This document shows positions 1 to 10,032 of a stretch of DNA of 64,000 nt, one piece after another; the first letter of the stretch is position 1; the number at the start of each line of letters is the position of its first letter. The stretch is taken from the NCBI GenBank assembly GCA_035687895.1, contig DASRUE010000064.1, positions 7,281 to 71,280 of the forward strand, in the 5' to 3' direction. This stretch comes from Bacteroidota bacterium. GTDB lineage: Bacteria; Bacteroidota; Ignavibacteria; UBA10030; UBA6906. The translations under genes and the position numbers were made by a program. Under the pieces are notes generated by a model. That model searched no databases. It saw nothing but the letters and a program-made list of their open reading frames with translations, and was not told the DNA's origin.

Positions 1-22
1 ATCATTGTAGCCAGGATGCCGA

Positions 23-1225
23 ATGCAAAGTGATCCCTCCGTACTCACTGTCAGTGAGCTAACCCATCGGATCAAGCGGATGCTTGAGAGCGGATTTTCT
101 TCCGTGCATTTACAGGGAGAAGTGTCCAACTTCAAGCGACACACATCCGGCCATGCTTATTTTACACTGAAGGACGAAAACGCCCAGATCTCTGCGGTCC
201 TTTGGAGAAGTAGAGTACAACAGCTTTCGTTCCTTCCTGAAGATGGGGCAAAGGTTATCATAAGTGGACGCATCACAGTCTATGAGCCCCGGGGAAACTA
301 TCAAATCGAAGTCCTCAGCATCAGACCCGTTGGCATTGGCGAACTGCAGATGGCATTTGAATATCTCAAGAGGAAGCTGGCCGCCGAGGGGCTTTTCGAC
401 AGCGAGCATAAGCAATCATTGCCACCGTACCCCGAAAGGATCGGGATCGTCACCTCGCCAACGGGTGCGGCGCTCCACGACATCCTGAATGTTCTCCAAC
501 GCCGGTTTCCCGGTGTTGAAGTAGTACTCCGCCCAACCAAAGTTCAAGGAATTGAAGCCGCGGCTGATATCGCTGATGCCATTCGAGAGTTTAACGCATT
601 CGGCAAGGTGGATGTGATGATTGTCGGAAGAGGGGGGGGATCATTAGAGGATTTGTGGGCATTCAACGAGGAAGTAGTGGCGCGAGCCATCTTTCAATCA
701 GCCATTCCCATCATCAGTGCTGTCGGACATGAGGTGGATTTTAGCATTGCCGACTTCGTCGCCGATCTGCGTGCGCCCACCCCATCTGCTGCTGCTGAAC
801 TGGTCGTGCGGGATCGATCAGCACTTCTTGATACTCTGCGGAATTATTGGTATACTATTCACCAGACAGTGACGCAGATGGTGAGTGACCGCAAAGACCA
901 AATCCGACATCTCCTGAGCAGCTATTCCTTCAACAAACCCATTGATCTCTTGCGCCGACACACCCAGCGGGTGGACGAGCTTGATCGCAGCATGGCGGCC
1001 AGCGTCGCCCATCGTGTCGCACTGGTGAGATCCCATGCTGATGCTCTCCATCACCGGATTAAAGCTCTGGATCCTCAGTTAACTTTGAAGCGCGGGTACG
1101 CGATCGTCTCCAAGAACGACGCGATTGTTTCTTCCGCGACGATGCTGCATGCCAACGATGCGATCGACATTCGATTCCACGATGGCAATGTCAGTTCCAC
1201 TGTTTCCCTGACTACACCCACATGA
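23..1225 (+). CDS. xseA: Exodeoxyribonuclease VII large subunit
   Basis: 400 aa; N-terminal OB-fold region (LTVSELTHRIKRMLE, VHLQGEVSNF) and central catalytic region typical of XseA; 4-nt overlap with the downstream small subunit. Confidence 0.85.
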   Translation: MQSDPSVLTVSELTHRIKRMLESGFSSVHLQGEVSNFKRHTSGHAYFTLKDENAQISAVLWRSRVQQLSFLPEDGAKVIISGRITVYEPRGNYQIEVLSIRPVGIGELQMAFEYLKRKLAAEGLFDSEHKQSLPPYPERIGIVTSPTGAALHDILNVLQRRFPGVEVVLRPTKVQGIEAAADIADAIREFNAFGKVDVMIVGRGGGSLEDLWAFNEEVVARAIFQSAIPIISAVGHEVDFSIADFVADLRAPTPSAAAELVVRDRSALLDTLRNYWYTIHQTVTQMVSDRKDQIRHLLSSYSFNKPIDLLRRHTQRVDELDRSMAASVAHRVALVRSHADALHHRIKALDPQLTLKRGYAIVSKNDAIVSSATMLHANDAIDIRFHDGNVSSTVSLTTPT

Positions 1226-1467
1226 GCGCATCGAAGAAAGAGCCACCAAAGCAGACATTTGAACAGTCTCTTCAGCGTCTGGAGGAGATCGTAGATCATC
1301 TTGAACAAGGGGATGTATCACTTGACGAGTCGATCAAGATGTATGAGGAAGGTCTTGCACTTTCCAAGGCATGCATGGACAAGTTGACCCAAGCGGAAGT
1401 GAAACTCAAAAAGCTGAGCAAAGATATTGAAGGTAATTTCCAACTCATCGATGACCAACCGGAATAG
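1222..1467 (+). CDS. xseB: Exodeoxyribonuclease VII small subunit
   Basis: 81 aa; FEQSLQRLEEIVDHLEQGDVSLDESIKMYEEG is the XseB signature; ATGA overlap with xseA. Confidence 0.85.
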   Translation: MSASKKEPPKQTFEQSLQRLEEIVDHLEQGDVSLDESIKMYEEGLALSKACMDKLTQAEVKLKKLSKDIEGNFQLIDDQPE

Positions 1468-1499
1468 CGGGACACAGGCACACACCGAGGAACACTGTT

Positions 1500-3434
1500 A
1501 TGAGTGAGGAACGATACCCATGTCTCGACCGGGTTACCACACCGGCGGATATGAAGCAACTTTCAATTCCTGAATTGAAGGAGCTTGCGGCCGACGTCAG
1601 GAGATTTCTGATCGAGGCCGTTTCCAAGACGGGGGGGCACCTCGGTGCTGGGCTGGGCTCGGTGGAACTTGCGGTGGCGCTCCATTATGTGTTCAACACG
1701 CCTCACGACAAGATTGTTTGGGACGTGGGCCATCAGGCATATCCGCACAAAATCCTCACTGGTCGGAAGGACCGTCTCCACACCATCAGGCAGTATGGCG
1801 GCCTGAGCGGTTTTCTCAAACGGTCTGAAAGCGAATATGATACATTTGGAGCCGGGCACGCCAGCACAGCGATTTCTGCTGCGCTCGGCATGGTAGCGGC
1901 CCGTGAATTGACCGCTGACCAGTACAAGGTTGTTGCGGTGGTTGGCGATGGTGCAATGACGGGGGGAATGGTCTACGAAGGGATGAACAATGCAGGAATG
2001 TTGAAGAAGGACATGATCGTCGTGTTGAACGACAACAACATGTCCATCGCACCCAACGTCTGGGCCATCTCTAACTACTTCACCCAGCTCATCTCCAATC
2101 CGTCATACAATCGTTTCAAATCGAATGTCTACCAACTCACCGGGAAACTTGATGTGTGGGGCGATCGGATCCGGAAGGTTGCGGCCCGTGTAGAGGAAGG
2201 GATCAAGGTTATCGTGACTCCGGGTATGTTGTTTGAAGCGCTCGGGTTCCGGTATTTCGGACCGATCAACGGTCACAACGTTGCACAGTTGGTGCGCATC
2301 TTCACGGATGTGAAGAATTACAGCGGTCCGATCCTCGTTCATACCATCACGCAAAAGGGGAAGGGGTACAAACCCGCCGAGGCCGACGTGCAACGTCTGC
2401 ACGGGGTCACGCCGTTTGACAAAGTGACCGGCATTTCGCCCAAGAAATCGGAATCTGCCCCGCCATTCACCAAGGTCTTTGGTCAAGCAGTAGTACAACT
2501 TGCCCGAGAAAACCCAAAGCTTGTTGCACTCACGGCTGCCATGCCCGACGGTACGGGCCTCGACCAATTGCAAAAAGAGCTCCCTGAGCGGTTCTACGAT
2601 GTAGGAATTGCAGAGCAACACGGTGTCACGTTTGCGGCCGGCCTTGCAACGCAGGGTTGCATCCCGATCGCAGCGATCTATTCAACATTCCTTCAACGTG
2701 CATTCGACCAGATCATCCATGACGTTGCCCTCCAACATCTGCACGTCATTTTCGCGCTTGACCGTGGTGGTCTGGTGGGCGCCGATGGTCCCACACATCA
2801 TGGTGTGTTCGATCTCTCCTATTTGCGGATGATCCCTGGAATGACCATTATGGCCCCGAAGGATGAGAGTGAATTGCGCGACATGCTCTATACGGCAACG
2901 TTGTACGATAAAGGACCCATAGCGCTCCGGTATCCACGAGGCAATGGCATCGGTGTTCCGCTGAAACCCGGCTTTGATCTTCTCCCCATTGGCAAGGCCG
3001 AGACGCTTCGTTCCGGACACCATGTTGCTATTCTTGCTATCGGGGCTATGGTGCAGCCTGCTCTGAAAACCGCCGACATTCTGGAGAATGAGGGCATTAC
3101 TTGCGAGGTAGTAAACATGCGCTTTGTTAAGCCGCTCGATGGCCCGTTGATTGACTCCGTTGCTGCGCGCTTCAAATTCATCGTCACGTTGGAGGATAAC
3201 GTGGTTTCTGGTGGCTTTGGGAGCGCTGTTGCGGAATACCTCGCCGCACAGGGCATCACCGACACCCGGTTGAAGATCCATGGCGTCCCGGATCGCTTCA
3301 TCGAACAGGGAACGCCTGCCGAATTGCAGCGTGACCTCATGTTGGATCCTCCGGGCATCACCACCATCGTACGAGATTTACTTGCGGCTCATCATCCTGA
3401 ACAGCGACGTCCCATGGAAGCCATCGCCGAATAA
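1500..3434 (+). CDS. dxs: 1-deoxy-D-xylulose-5-phosphate synthase
   Basis: 644 aa; TPP-binding GGHLGAGLG and GDGAMTGG motifs; transketolase-like domain order. Confidence 0.9.
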   Translation: MSEERYPCLDRVTTPADMKQLSIPELKELAADVRRFLIEAVSKTGGHLGAGLGSVELAVALHYVFNTPHDKIVWDVGHQAYPHKILTGRKDRLHTIRQYGGLSGFLKRSESEYDTFGAGHASTAISAALGMVAARELTADQYKVVAVVGDGAMTGGMVYEGMNNAGMLKKDMIVVLNDNNMSIAPNVWAISNYFTQLISNPSYNRFKSNVYQLTGKLDVWGDRIRKVAARVEEGIKVIVTPGMLFEALGFRYFGPINGHNVAQLVRIFTDVKNYSGPILVHTITQKGKGYKPAEADVQRLHGVTPFDKVTGISPKKSESAPPFTKVFGQAVVQLARENPKLVALTAAMPDGTGLDQLQKELPERFYDVGIAEQHGVTFAAGLATQGCIPIAAIYSTFLQRAFDQIIHDVALQHLHVIFALDRGGLVGADGPTHHGVFDLSYLRMIPGMTIMAPKDESELRDMLYTATLYDKGPIALRYPRGNGIGVPLKPGFDLLPIGKAETLRSGHHVAILAIGAMVQPALKTADILENEGITCEVVNMRFVKPLDGPLIDSVAARFKFIVTLEDNVVSGGFGSAVAEYLAAQGITDTRLKIHGVPDRFIEQGTPAELQRDLMLDPPGITTIVRDLLAAHHPEQRRPMEAIAE

Positions 3435-3448
3435 TTCTTCGAAGCCCT

Positions 3449-4453
3449 ATGGATAAAGTAAAGGTCGGCGTTATCGGACTTGGTTGGGTCGCTCAGGTTG
3501 TGCACCTCCCGATTCTTGCGAAGCTCCAGGAAGCAGAGATTGTTGCGGTTTGTGACAGGGACAAGTCGCGCGCACGGCTTGTGGCCGAGAAATTTGGCAT
3601 TCGGTCGCTCTACACGGATTACAACCAGATGCTCGAGAACGAGAAAATTGATGCCGTTATCGTCTGCACCTCGACGGACGCGCACAAGGAAGCTACGCTG
3701 GCAGCGTTTGAGGCGGGGAAGGATGTCCTCGTTGAAAAACCAATTGCACGTCGCCATGACGAAGCTGTAGCAATGGCAGATGCTGCGCGGCAAGCCAAAA
3801 GAAAGCTCATGGTCGGGATGAACCACCGCTTCCGGCCTGACACAATGATCCTCAAGAGCTTTTTGGAGGGGCAGGAACTTGGCAAGGTCTTCTATACCAA
3901 GACCGGCTGGCTCCGGAAAAACAATTCCGATCGGGCCTGGCTGACACAGAAAGAGAAATCCGGTGGCGGCGTCTTTCTCGACCTGGGGATTGTCATGCTC
4001 GACATGGCTTTCTGGATGATGGGCTATCCGGACGTCAAGAAGGTGAGCGCCACGCATTTTTCGCACACCACAAAACAGGTGGAAGACACCTCTGTTGTTG
4101 CTATTACGATGAAGAACGGATCGATGGTGAATATTGAGGTGAGTTGGTCGATGTTTCTACCTGACGATCTCTATTACTGCCAGATATTCGGAACGGAAGG
4201 AACGGCAAGCCTGAACCCCCTTCGTATTAACAAGGAACTCCATGGCAATTACGTGAATCTTGCCCCCGCTAAAATGGATCCGCCGCAGCATCTCTTCAAG
4301 AGATCATACGAAAACGAGTTGAAACATTTTTTTGGTGCGGTACACGACATTCACCCCGTGATATCGACGGGCGAGGAAGCCGTCCAACGAATGAAGATCG
4401 TCGACGCCATTTACAAATCGGTGAAGACGGGAAGAGAAGTGACACTGACGTAA
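3449..4453 (+). CDS. Gfo/Idh/MocA family oxidoreductase
   Basis: 334 aa; N-terminal Rossmann KVGVIGLGWVAQ and a GFM-type C-terminal domain. Confidence 0.7.
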   Translation: MDKVKVGVIGLGWVAQVVHLPILAKLQEAEIVAVCDRDKSRARLVAEKFGIRSLYTDYNQMLENEKIDAVIVCTSTDAHKEATLAAFEAGKDVLVEKPIARRHDEAVAMADAARQAKRKLMVGMNHRFRPDTMILKSFLEGQELGKVFYTKTGWLRKNNSDRAWLTQKEKSGGGVFLDLGIVMLDMAFWMMGYPDVKKVSATHFSHTTKQVEDTSVVAITMKNGSMVNIEVSWSMFLPDDLYYCQIFGTEGTASLNPLRINKELHGNYVNLAPAKMDPPQHLFKRSYENELKHFFGAVHDIHPVISTGEEAVQRMKIVDAIYKSVKTGREVTLT

Positions 4454-4469
4454 CAAACTATGTGATCAC

Positions 4470-5156
4470 GTGAAGAAAAGAATACTGGTTGTCGACGATG
4501 AACGGGACATCGTAGACCTCATTGGCTATAATCTGGGCAAGGAGGGATACGATGTCTCTTTCGCTTATAACGGGAAGGAAGCCCTGGATAAGGTCTCGCT
4601 GAAGCCCGACCTTGTCATCCTTGATGTCATGATGCCGGTGCTTAACGGCTTCGACACTTGTAAGCGTTTGAAGGCGGACCCAACTACAGCTACGGTCCCG
4701 GTTGTCTTTCTCACGGCAAGTTCCAGTGAAGTGGATGAAGTGCACGGACTGGAATTGGGGGCGGATGACTATATTCAGAAGCCCATCAGCCCGCGTAAAC
4801 TCATTGCCCGGGTAAAAGCGGTGTTCCGTCGTGCCGATCATCCTACCGCCGACATCCACGAACAGCCTATCATCAAAGCAGATCGCCTGGTGATTAACCG
4901 CTCGAATTATACCGTTCATATCGGAACAAAGGAGATCTTCCTCCCAAAGAAAGAGTTTGAGGTGCTTGCTTTGCTTGCTGCAAACCGGGGAAAGGTTTTC
5001 TCGCGAGAGATGTTGCTCAATAGTATCTGGGGGAGTGAAGTAGTGGTGATCGATCGGACAGTCGACGTGCACATTCGCAAGATCCGGGAAAAGCTCGGAG
5101 ATGATGCAGCAGTGATTGAAACCATCAAGGGGGTTGGCTATAAATTCCGCGAATGA
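4470..5156 (+). CDS. OmpR/PhoB-family response regulator
   Basis: 228 aa; receiver domain (ILVVDDE...D52-like LDVMMP) plus C-terminal winged-helix (IRKIREKL...GVGYKF). Confidence 0.85.
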   Translation: MKKRILVVDDERDIVDLIGYNLGKEGYDVSFAYNGKEALDKVSLKPDLVILDVMMPVLNGFDTCKRLKADPTTATVPVVFLTASSSEVDEVHGLELGADDYIQKPISPRKLIARVKAVFRRADHPTADIHEQPIIKADRLVINRSNYTVHIGTKEIFLPKKEFEVLALLAANRGKVFSREMLLNSIWGSEVVVIDRTVDVHIRKIREKLGDDAAVIETIKGVGYKFRE

Positions 5157-6644
5157 TTGTCGCGACGACAAATCGCCGGCAGAACAACAGGAACGCTCGC
5201 TATTGTGAAACTCAGGACAAAAATCCTCTCGACGTACATCGGTCTGACGGTTGTTGCAATTGTTCTAGTGGGTGTTCTCTCTTCATGGCAGATCAAAAAG
5301 TATCTCGAAGAGCGCATTCAGAGGGATCTTCTTGCTCACGTCACGTTGCTTGTTGAATTGTTTGAGAACGGTGCCATCGCCATTGAACCTGCCTCATTGT
5401 TCGACGATCGCTTGGAGGGCATTGCGCACTCCCTTGGTGTACGGGTGACCATACTCCGCCATGATGGGACCGTTATCTTTGATTCAGACGTCCCTCGAGA
5501 CTCTCTCCGCTGGGTAGAGAACCACGGAAATCGCCCCGAGGTCAGAGCTGCAGGATCGGGACGGACCGGAACTGATCTGCGGCAGAGCAGTACGGTGGGT
5601 ATCAACTACCTTTACGCTGCGCAACAACTGACGGCATCGAGCCTGGGACCCCTTGATTCCGGGTACGTTCGCGTTGCGCTTCCCGCCGCCGAGCTTCAAC
5701 AGCTCGACAACAAGGTCCAGCTGATCGTAGCAGGTATTGGTGGACTTACAATTTGCCTTATTGCCTTCGTCAGTTTCCGGATGTCTACCCGAATCTCGAA
5801 ACCACTCTTAGAAATCGTAGAGACTGCCCAGGCAATTACGCGCGGAGACGTCAGCAAACGGGCGCAGGTCCCCGCGGGCGATGAGATTGGTGCGTTGTCC
5901 GCCGCCATCAACGAAATGGCAGAGAAACTCGGTAACGATATCATCACACTGCAAAGGTTGGAACGAATCCGGAGTGAGTTTCTCGGTAACGTTTCTCACG
6001 AGCTTCGGACTCCGATCTTCTCTATTCAGGGATTTCTCGAGACTCTTCTTGATGGAGCCGTAGATGACCCCGCTGTTAACAGGGATTTCCTTGACAAAGC
6101 GTACGGCCATGCGGAGCGACTGAATGCACTCCTGAACGACCTTATTGAGATCTCCCGAATTGAATCGGGAGAAATGAAAATGAGTTTCAGGTATTTTCCC
6201 GTGCTTGAGTTCGTTGAACAAATGGTGGATGAAATGCGCCCGGCAGCAACAAAGAAGAAGATCCTGCTGGAAATCGATTCGTCTATGGACCACACGGCCC
6301 GGGTCTATGGCGATAAGGAACGTCTCCGCCAGGTGATGGTAAACTTGATCGACAACGGCGTGAAATACACGGAACCGGGGGGAACTGTGCGCTGCACAAT
6401 TGCGAGCCTGGGCCTCCGAACCCGGATTCGTGTGCAGGATACTGGCCTTGGCATCGCAACCGAACACCTCTCCAGGATATTTGAACGATTCTACCGGGTG
6501 GATCGTGACAGATCAAGAGAGGTCGGGGGAACCGGGCTCGGCCTTGCGATCGTGAAGCACATTGTAGAGGCCCATGGAGGTTCGATCAGCGTCGAGAGCC
6601 AAACGGGAAAAGGAAGCACTTTCACATTCACACTCAAGAATTGA
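5157..6644 (+). CDS. Sensor histidine kinase (HAMP-HisKA-HATPase)
   Basis: 495 aa; N-terminal transmembrane segments, HAMP, H-box FLGNVSHELRTP, and G-boxes DTGLGI, GGTGLGLAIVK; immediately downstream of the response regulator. Confidence 0.8.
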   Translation: MSRRQIAGRTTGTLAIVKLRTKILSTYIGLTVVAIVLVGVLSSWQIKKYLEERIQRDLLAHVTLLVELFENGAIAIEPASLFDDRLEGIAHSLGVRVTILRHDGTVIFDSDVPRDSLRWVENHGNRPEVRAAGSGRTGTDLRQSSTVGINYLYAAQQLTASSLGPLDSGYVRVALPAAELQQLDNKVQLIVAGIGGLTICLIAFVSFRMSTRISKPLLEIVETAQAITRGDVSKRAQVPAGDEIGALSAAINEMAEKLGNDIITLQRLERIRSEFLGNVSHELRTPIFSIQGFLETLLDGAVDDPAVNRDFLDKAYGHAERLNALLNDLIEISRIESGEMKMSFRYFPVLEFVEQMVDEMRPAATKKKILLEIDSSMDHTARVYGDKERLRQVMVNLIDNGVKYTEPGGTVRCTIASLGLRTRIRVQDTGLGIATEHLSRIFERFYRVDRDRSREVGGTGLGLAIVKHIVEAHGGSISVESQTGKGSTFTFTLKN

Positions 6645-7747
6645 ACATCAGGCGGATGGAAAGGGAGATCCACAAAACGCTAATGCAAGAGTGCCTCAGC
6701 CTTGCAAAGAAGGGAAAGGGCGCTGTCAGTCCGAATCCTCTGGTGGGTGCTATTTTGGTGAAGGGTGGCAGGATTGTTGCACGCGGTTATCATCGGAAAT
6801 TCGGCGGACCTCATGCTGAAGTTGAATGTCTCCAATCCTATCGGGGGGACGCTTCTTCTGCAACGCTGTACATCAACCTGGAACCGTGTTCACATCTCGG
6901 AAAGACCCCTCCGTGCACAGACCTCATCCTTAGATCGGGCATTCGCCGGGTGATCGTTGCAATGAAGGATCCGAATCCACTCGTATCGGGCCGGGGCATT
7001 CGGAGACTCCGCAGTGCCGGTGTGGACGTTCTTATGGGTGTGCTTGAAGAAGAAGCGGTAGCGTTGAACAGGTTTTTCGTCAAACACATTACAACAGGGA
7101 TGCCATACGTGCATCTCAAACTTGCTCAGTCTCTTGACGGTAAGATTGCTGACGCCGGAGGCAACTCACGATGGATCAGTTCTCCCGAATCGCGGTCCCT
7201 CGTGCATCAATGGCGGGCCGAGTATGATGCCGTTCTTGTTGGTGCGGGAACTGTTGAGAAGGACAATCCTGCGCTCACCGTCCGGATGGTACGAGGAAGG
7301 GATCCCGACATCGTAGTTCTGGATGGACGTTTTCGCGTCCCGTCCGGGAGCAGAGTCTTCTCAGTCAATCGGAACAGAAGAATCTTTCTCTGCGTTGGAC
7401 GAAATGCGGCCCGTCGGCAAGCGAGGAAAACCGCTGCCTTACGAAAGCGAGGAGTTGAGGTCATAGAGTTCCAATCCGAGCGAGGCCATTTGTCCTTAAA
7501 GAAAGTTCTTCACGTTCTGTATTCACGCGGTATCGGATCCCTGCTAGTGGAAGGTGGAGGGATGGTCTTCGGCGATTTTATTCATAATGCCCTCGCTGAC
7601 GAACTCAGCGTTTTTGTGGCTCCACGCATCATCGGTGAAGGTGTGAATGGTTTTGTGATGGATCAACGAGGAAAAAGACCTCGCCTTTTTCGGCTAAGTG
7701 CATCGCCCATAGGACCAGATATCCTGCTCAAGGGAGTCACAAAGTAG
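6641..7747 (+). CDS. ribD: Bifunctional riboflavin biosynthesis deaminase/reductase
   Basis: 368 aa; CMP/dCMP deaminase zinc motif HAEVECL...PCSHLGKTPPC followed by a RibD reductase domain; ATGA overlap with the kinase stop. Confidence 0.85.
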   Translation: MNIRRMEREIHKTLMQECLSLAKKGKGAVSPNPLVGAILVKGGRIVARGYHRKFGGPHAEVECLQSYRGDASSATLYINLEPCSHLGKTPPCTDLILRSGIRRVIVAMKDPNPLVSGRGIRRLRSAGVDVLMGVLEEEAVALNRFFVKHITTGMPYVHLKLAQSLDGKIADAGGNSRWISSPESRSLVHQWRAEYDAVLVGAGTVEKDNPALTVRMVRGRDPDIVVLDGRFRVPSGSRVFSVNRNRRIFLCVGRNAARRQARKTAALRKRGVEVIEFQSERGHLSLKKVLHVLYSRGIGSLLVEGGGMVFGDFIHNALADELSVFVAPRIIGEGVNGFVMDQRGKRPRLFRLSASPIGPDILLKGVTK

Positions 7748-7755
7748 AGGAGCAA

Positions 7756-8403
7756 ATGTTCACTGGAATCATTCAGGAGGTAGGTACCGTCATCCAGACA
7801 TCGAAGGTGGGTGGTGGCCTTCATATCACAGTGAGGGCGCCTCGCGCATCTGCGGAATTGAGGGTAAACGACAGTGTCTCCATTATCGGTGTGTGCCAGA
7901 CTGTGATCAAGCGGCAGGGAGATCATTTCACGGTTGAGGCTGTGGAAGAGACTCTCAAGAAAACCACTCTTGGAGACTTGCAGGTTTCCACGCCGGTGAA
8001 CTTGGAACTCGCGTTGCGACTCAACGACCGTGTAGGAGGCCATCTCGTCCAGGGTCATGTCGATGGCGTCGGCGTCGTGAGGTCAGTCGTGCGAAAAGAA
8101 AGTAGTTGGTTGATATCTGTGGAAATACCGGCGGAGTTTACGCGTTACGTAATTCCAGTCGGCTCGATAGCGATCGATGGCGTGAGCCTGACTGTGGCAA
8201 GCATTCAGGACTCTCTTGTCATCGTTTCGATCATCCCTCACACTATGGAGAACACGAACTTCGGCAACTTCAAGGCTGGTACAAGAGTGAATCTCGAATT
8301 TGATCTCGTAGGGAAGTATATCGAACGGCTTGCTGGAGTATCGACAGACTCAACACGTTCCCTTTCGAGGGAGAAGCTTCGGGAGTGGGGGTATGATGGC
8401 TGA
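7756..8403 (+). CDS. ribE: Riboflavin synthase alpha subunit
   Basis: 215 aa; MFTGIIQEVGTV start and internal duplicated lumazine-binding repeats (second repeat GVSLTV). Confidence 0.85.
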   Translation: MFTGIIQEVGTVIQTSKVGGGLHITVRAPRASAELRVNDSVSIIGVCQTVIKRQGDHFTVEAVEETLKKTTLGDLQVSTPVNLELALRLNDRVGGHLVQGHVDGVGVVRSVVRKESSWLISVEIPAEFTRYVIPVGSIAIDGVSLTVASIQDSLVIVSIIPHTMENTNFGNFKAGTRVNLEFDLVGKYIERLAGVSTDSTRSLSREKLREWGYDG

Positions 8404-8464
8404 AAATGCTTCTTGATTCTTCCCTCCGATTTTCTTATGTTAGGGCACATTTGAGTCCATACTT

Positions 8465-8824
8465 TTGAGAGTTAATCATATGTTTGGGTTCCTTATTGGC
8501 GTAGAGGTACTTGTCAGCATCTTGCTGATCGTTGTAATCCTGATGCAATCGAGCAAGGGGGGGGGCTTGGCGGGGACCTTTGGTGGCGGTTCAGTTGGGA
8601 TGGTTTTTGGTGTCCGGCGGACGGCAGACTTTTTGACCAAGGCAACCCAGATTCTCGCTGGCGCTTTCTTGCTGTTGAGTCTATTGATCAATATCGCGTT
8701 CCTGCCGAGAAGTGGGGGTGGCGGAACTGAGAGCGTGATTCAAGGACAGGGAGCTACTCAGCAGGGGACTGTGCCGCAGCAAACACCGCCGACGCAGCCG
8801 CCGGTCGGAGTGCCCGGAAATTGA
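8465..8824 (+). CDS. secG: Preprotein translocase subunit SecG
   Basis: 119 aa; two transmembrane helices separated by LMQSSKGGGLAGTFGGG, a SecG hallmark; Gly/Gln-rich tail. Confidence 0.7.
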   Translation: MRVNHMFGFLIGVEVLVSILLIVVILMQSSKGGGLAGTFGGGSVGMVFGVRRTADFLTKATQILAGAFLLLSLLINIAFLPRSGGGGTESVIQGQGATQQGTVPQQTPPTQPPVGVPGN

Positions 8825-8853
8825 TTGTTGATGGTTTTCGTTCGTTGCATTCT

Positions 8854-8926
8854 GCACCCATGGCTCAATTGGTAGAGCAAGTGACTCTTAATCACTGGGT
8901 TCCAGGTTCGAGTCCTGGTGGGTGCA
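8854..8926 (+). tRNA. tRNA-Lys (anticodon CTT)
   Basis: 73-nt cloverleaf folded by hand: acceptor gcaccca/tgggtgc, D stem gctc/gagc, anticodon stem agtga/tcact with loop ctCTTaa, T stem ccagg/cctgg with loop ttcgagt; CCA not encoded. Confidence 0.8.
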
Positions 8927-8942
8927 CATTGAGATACATTGA

Positions 8943-8978
8943 GTGCCCGGGTCCTTGCCCGGGCACTTCTGTTTTCTT
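8943..8978 (+). terminator. Intrinsic terminator downstream of tRNA-Lys
   Basis: GC hairpin gtgcccggg-tccttg-cccgggcac followed by ttctgttttctt. Confidence 0.5.
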
Positions 8979-8994
8979 GAAAAGAACTCACTGA

Positions 8995-10032
8995 ATGGGG
9001 AATATCTTGTTGCGAGCAATGCACCATCGTGGCGAAGAGGTCTACACATCAGTTGACGACGAGCTCGAACAGGCACTGACAAGCGCAGCTATAATTGATC
9101 GGTCATTTCTTGGCAGAATTGATGTCACCGGAACAGACCGCTTGGATTTGTTGCATCGGTTGTCGACCAATGATCTTCTGAGGCTTCAACCCGGAGAGCT
9201 CACTCCTACGGTCTTCACAACCGACAAGGGACGGATTGTAGACTACGTATATGTCCTTGCCGCCGAGAACAGTGTACGGCTTATCACCTCCGCTGGGAGC
9301 GAAGACCGTCTCGTTGGATGGATCGAGAAGTATCACATTATGGAGGATATATCGTTTTCCATACGGACTGGCGCTACGGCAATGTACACAATCATTGGGC
9401 CTCGGAGCGCCGATCTGGTTGTCAGACTACTGTCCACAGACCTTCCCCGTGGCCATCATACCTTCATAGAATGGAGGCAACTCCCACTTCATTTGGTTCA
9501 TGTTCAAGAATTTGGTACCCATCAGTTTAACATCATTCTGCCTGTCGAAGAGAGTGAGTCCTTTTGGGCCTTCCTTGTTGAGCAGGCATCAGCTGCAACG
9601 ATTCCCGTGCTGGGAAGACGAGCCTATAGTGCGTTGAAGTGTTTGCTGGGCATTCCCTCATCGGGAGCAGAGCTCTCTGAGTTATTCAATCCTTATGAAG
9701 CTGGTCTCCGCCGCGCCATCACTTTCACCAAGGGATGTTACATCGGACAAGAGGTTATTGCCCGACTCGACACCTATCAAAAGATCCAACGGCAACTGGT
9801 AGGGATTCTCTTTGAGACCTCGCTTGACTGTAGCAATGACCGGCCCGTTCTTTTCAAGGAAGGCGAGGAAGTAGGCCTCCTGACAAGTATGAGCAGAGCT
9901 GCGTTTCGCGGACGTTACCCCGCACTTGGGATCATCAAGAAGGAAGCGGCCCTTCAGGGTGGTTCTGTGGACGTGCAATACAGCACGGCGGAGATACGGG
10001 GAAGAATTGTCACAGTGTTTGACCGGTCTTGA
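8995..10032 (+). CDS. YgfZ/GcvT-family folate-binding protein
   Basis: 345 aa; aminomethyltransferase-fold signature (IDRSFLGRIDVTGTDRLDLLHRLSTND) but too short for a true GcvT. Confidence 0.6.
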   Translation: MGNILLRAMHHRGEEVYTSVDDELEQALTSAAIIDRSFLGRIDVTGTDRLDLLHRLSTNDLLRLQPGELTPTVFTTDKGRIVDYVYVLAAENSVRLITSAGSEDRLVGWIEKYHIMEDISFSIRTGATAMYTIIGPRSADLVVRLLSTDLPRGHHTFIEWRQLPLHLVHVQEFGTHQFNIILPVEESESFWAFLVEQASAATIPVLGRRAYSALKCLLGIPSSGAELSELFNPYEAGLRRAITFTKGCYIGQEVIARLDTYQKIQRQLVGILFETSLDCSNDRPVLFKEGEEVGLLTSMSRAAFRGRYPALGIIKKEAALQGGSVDVQYSTAEIRGRIVTVFDRS

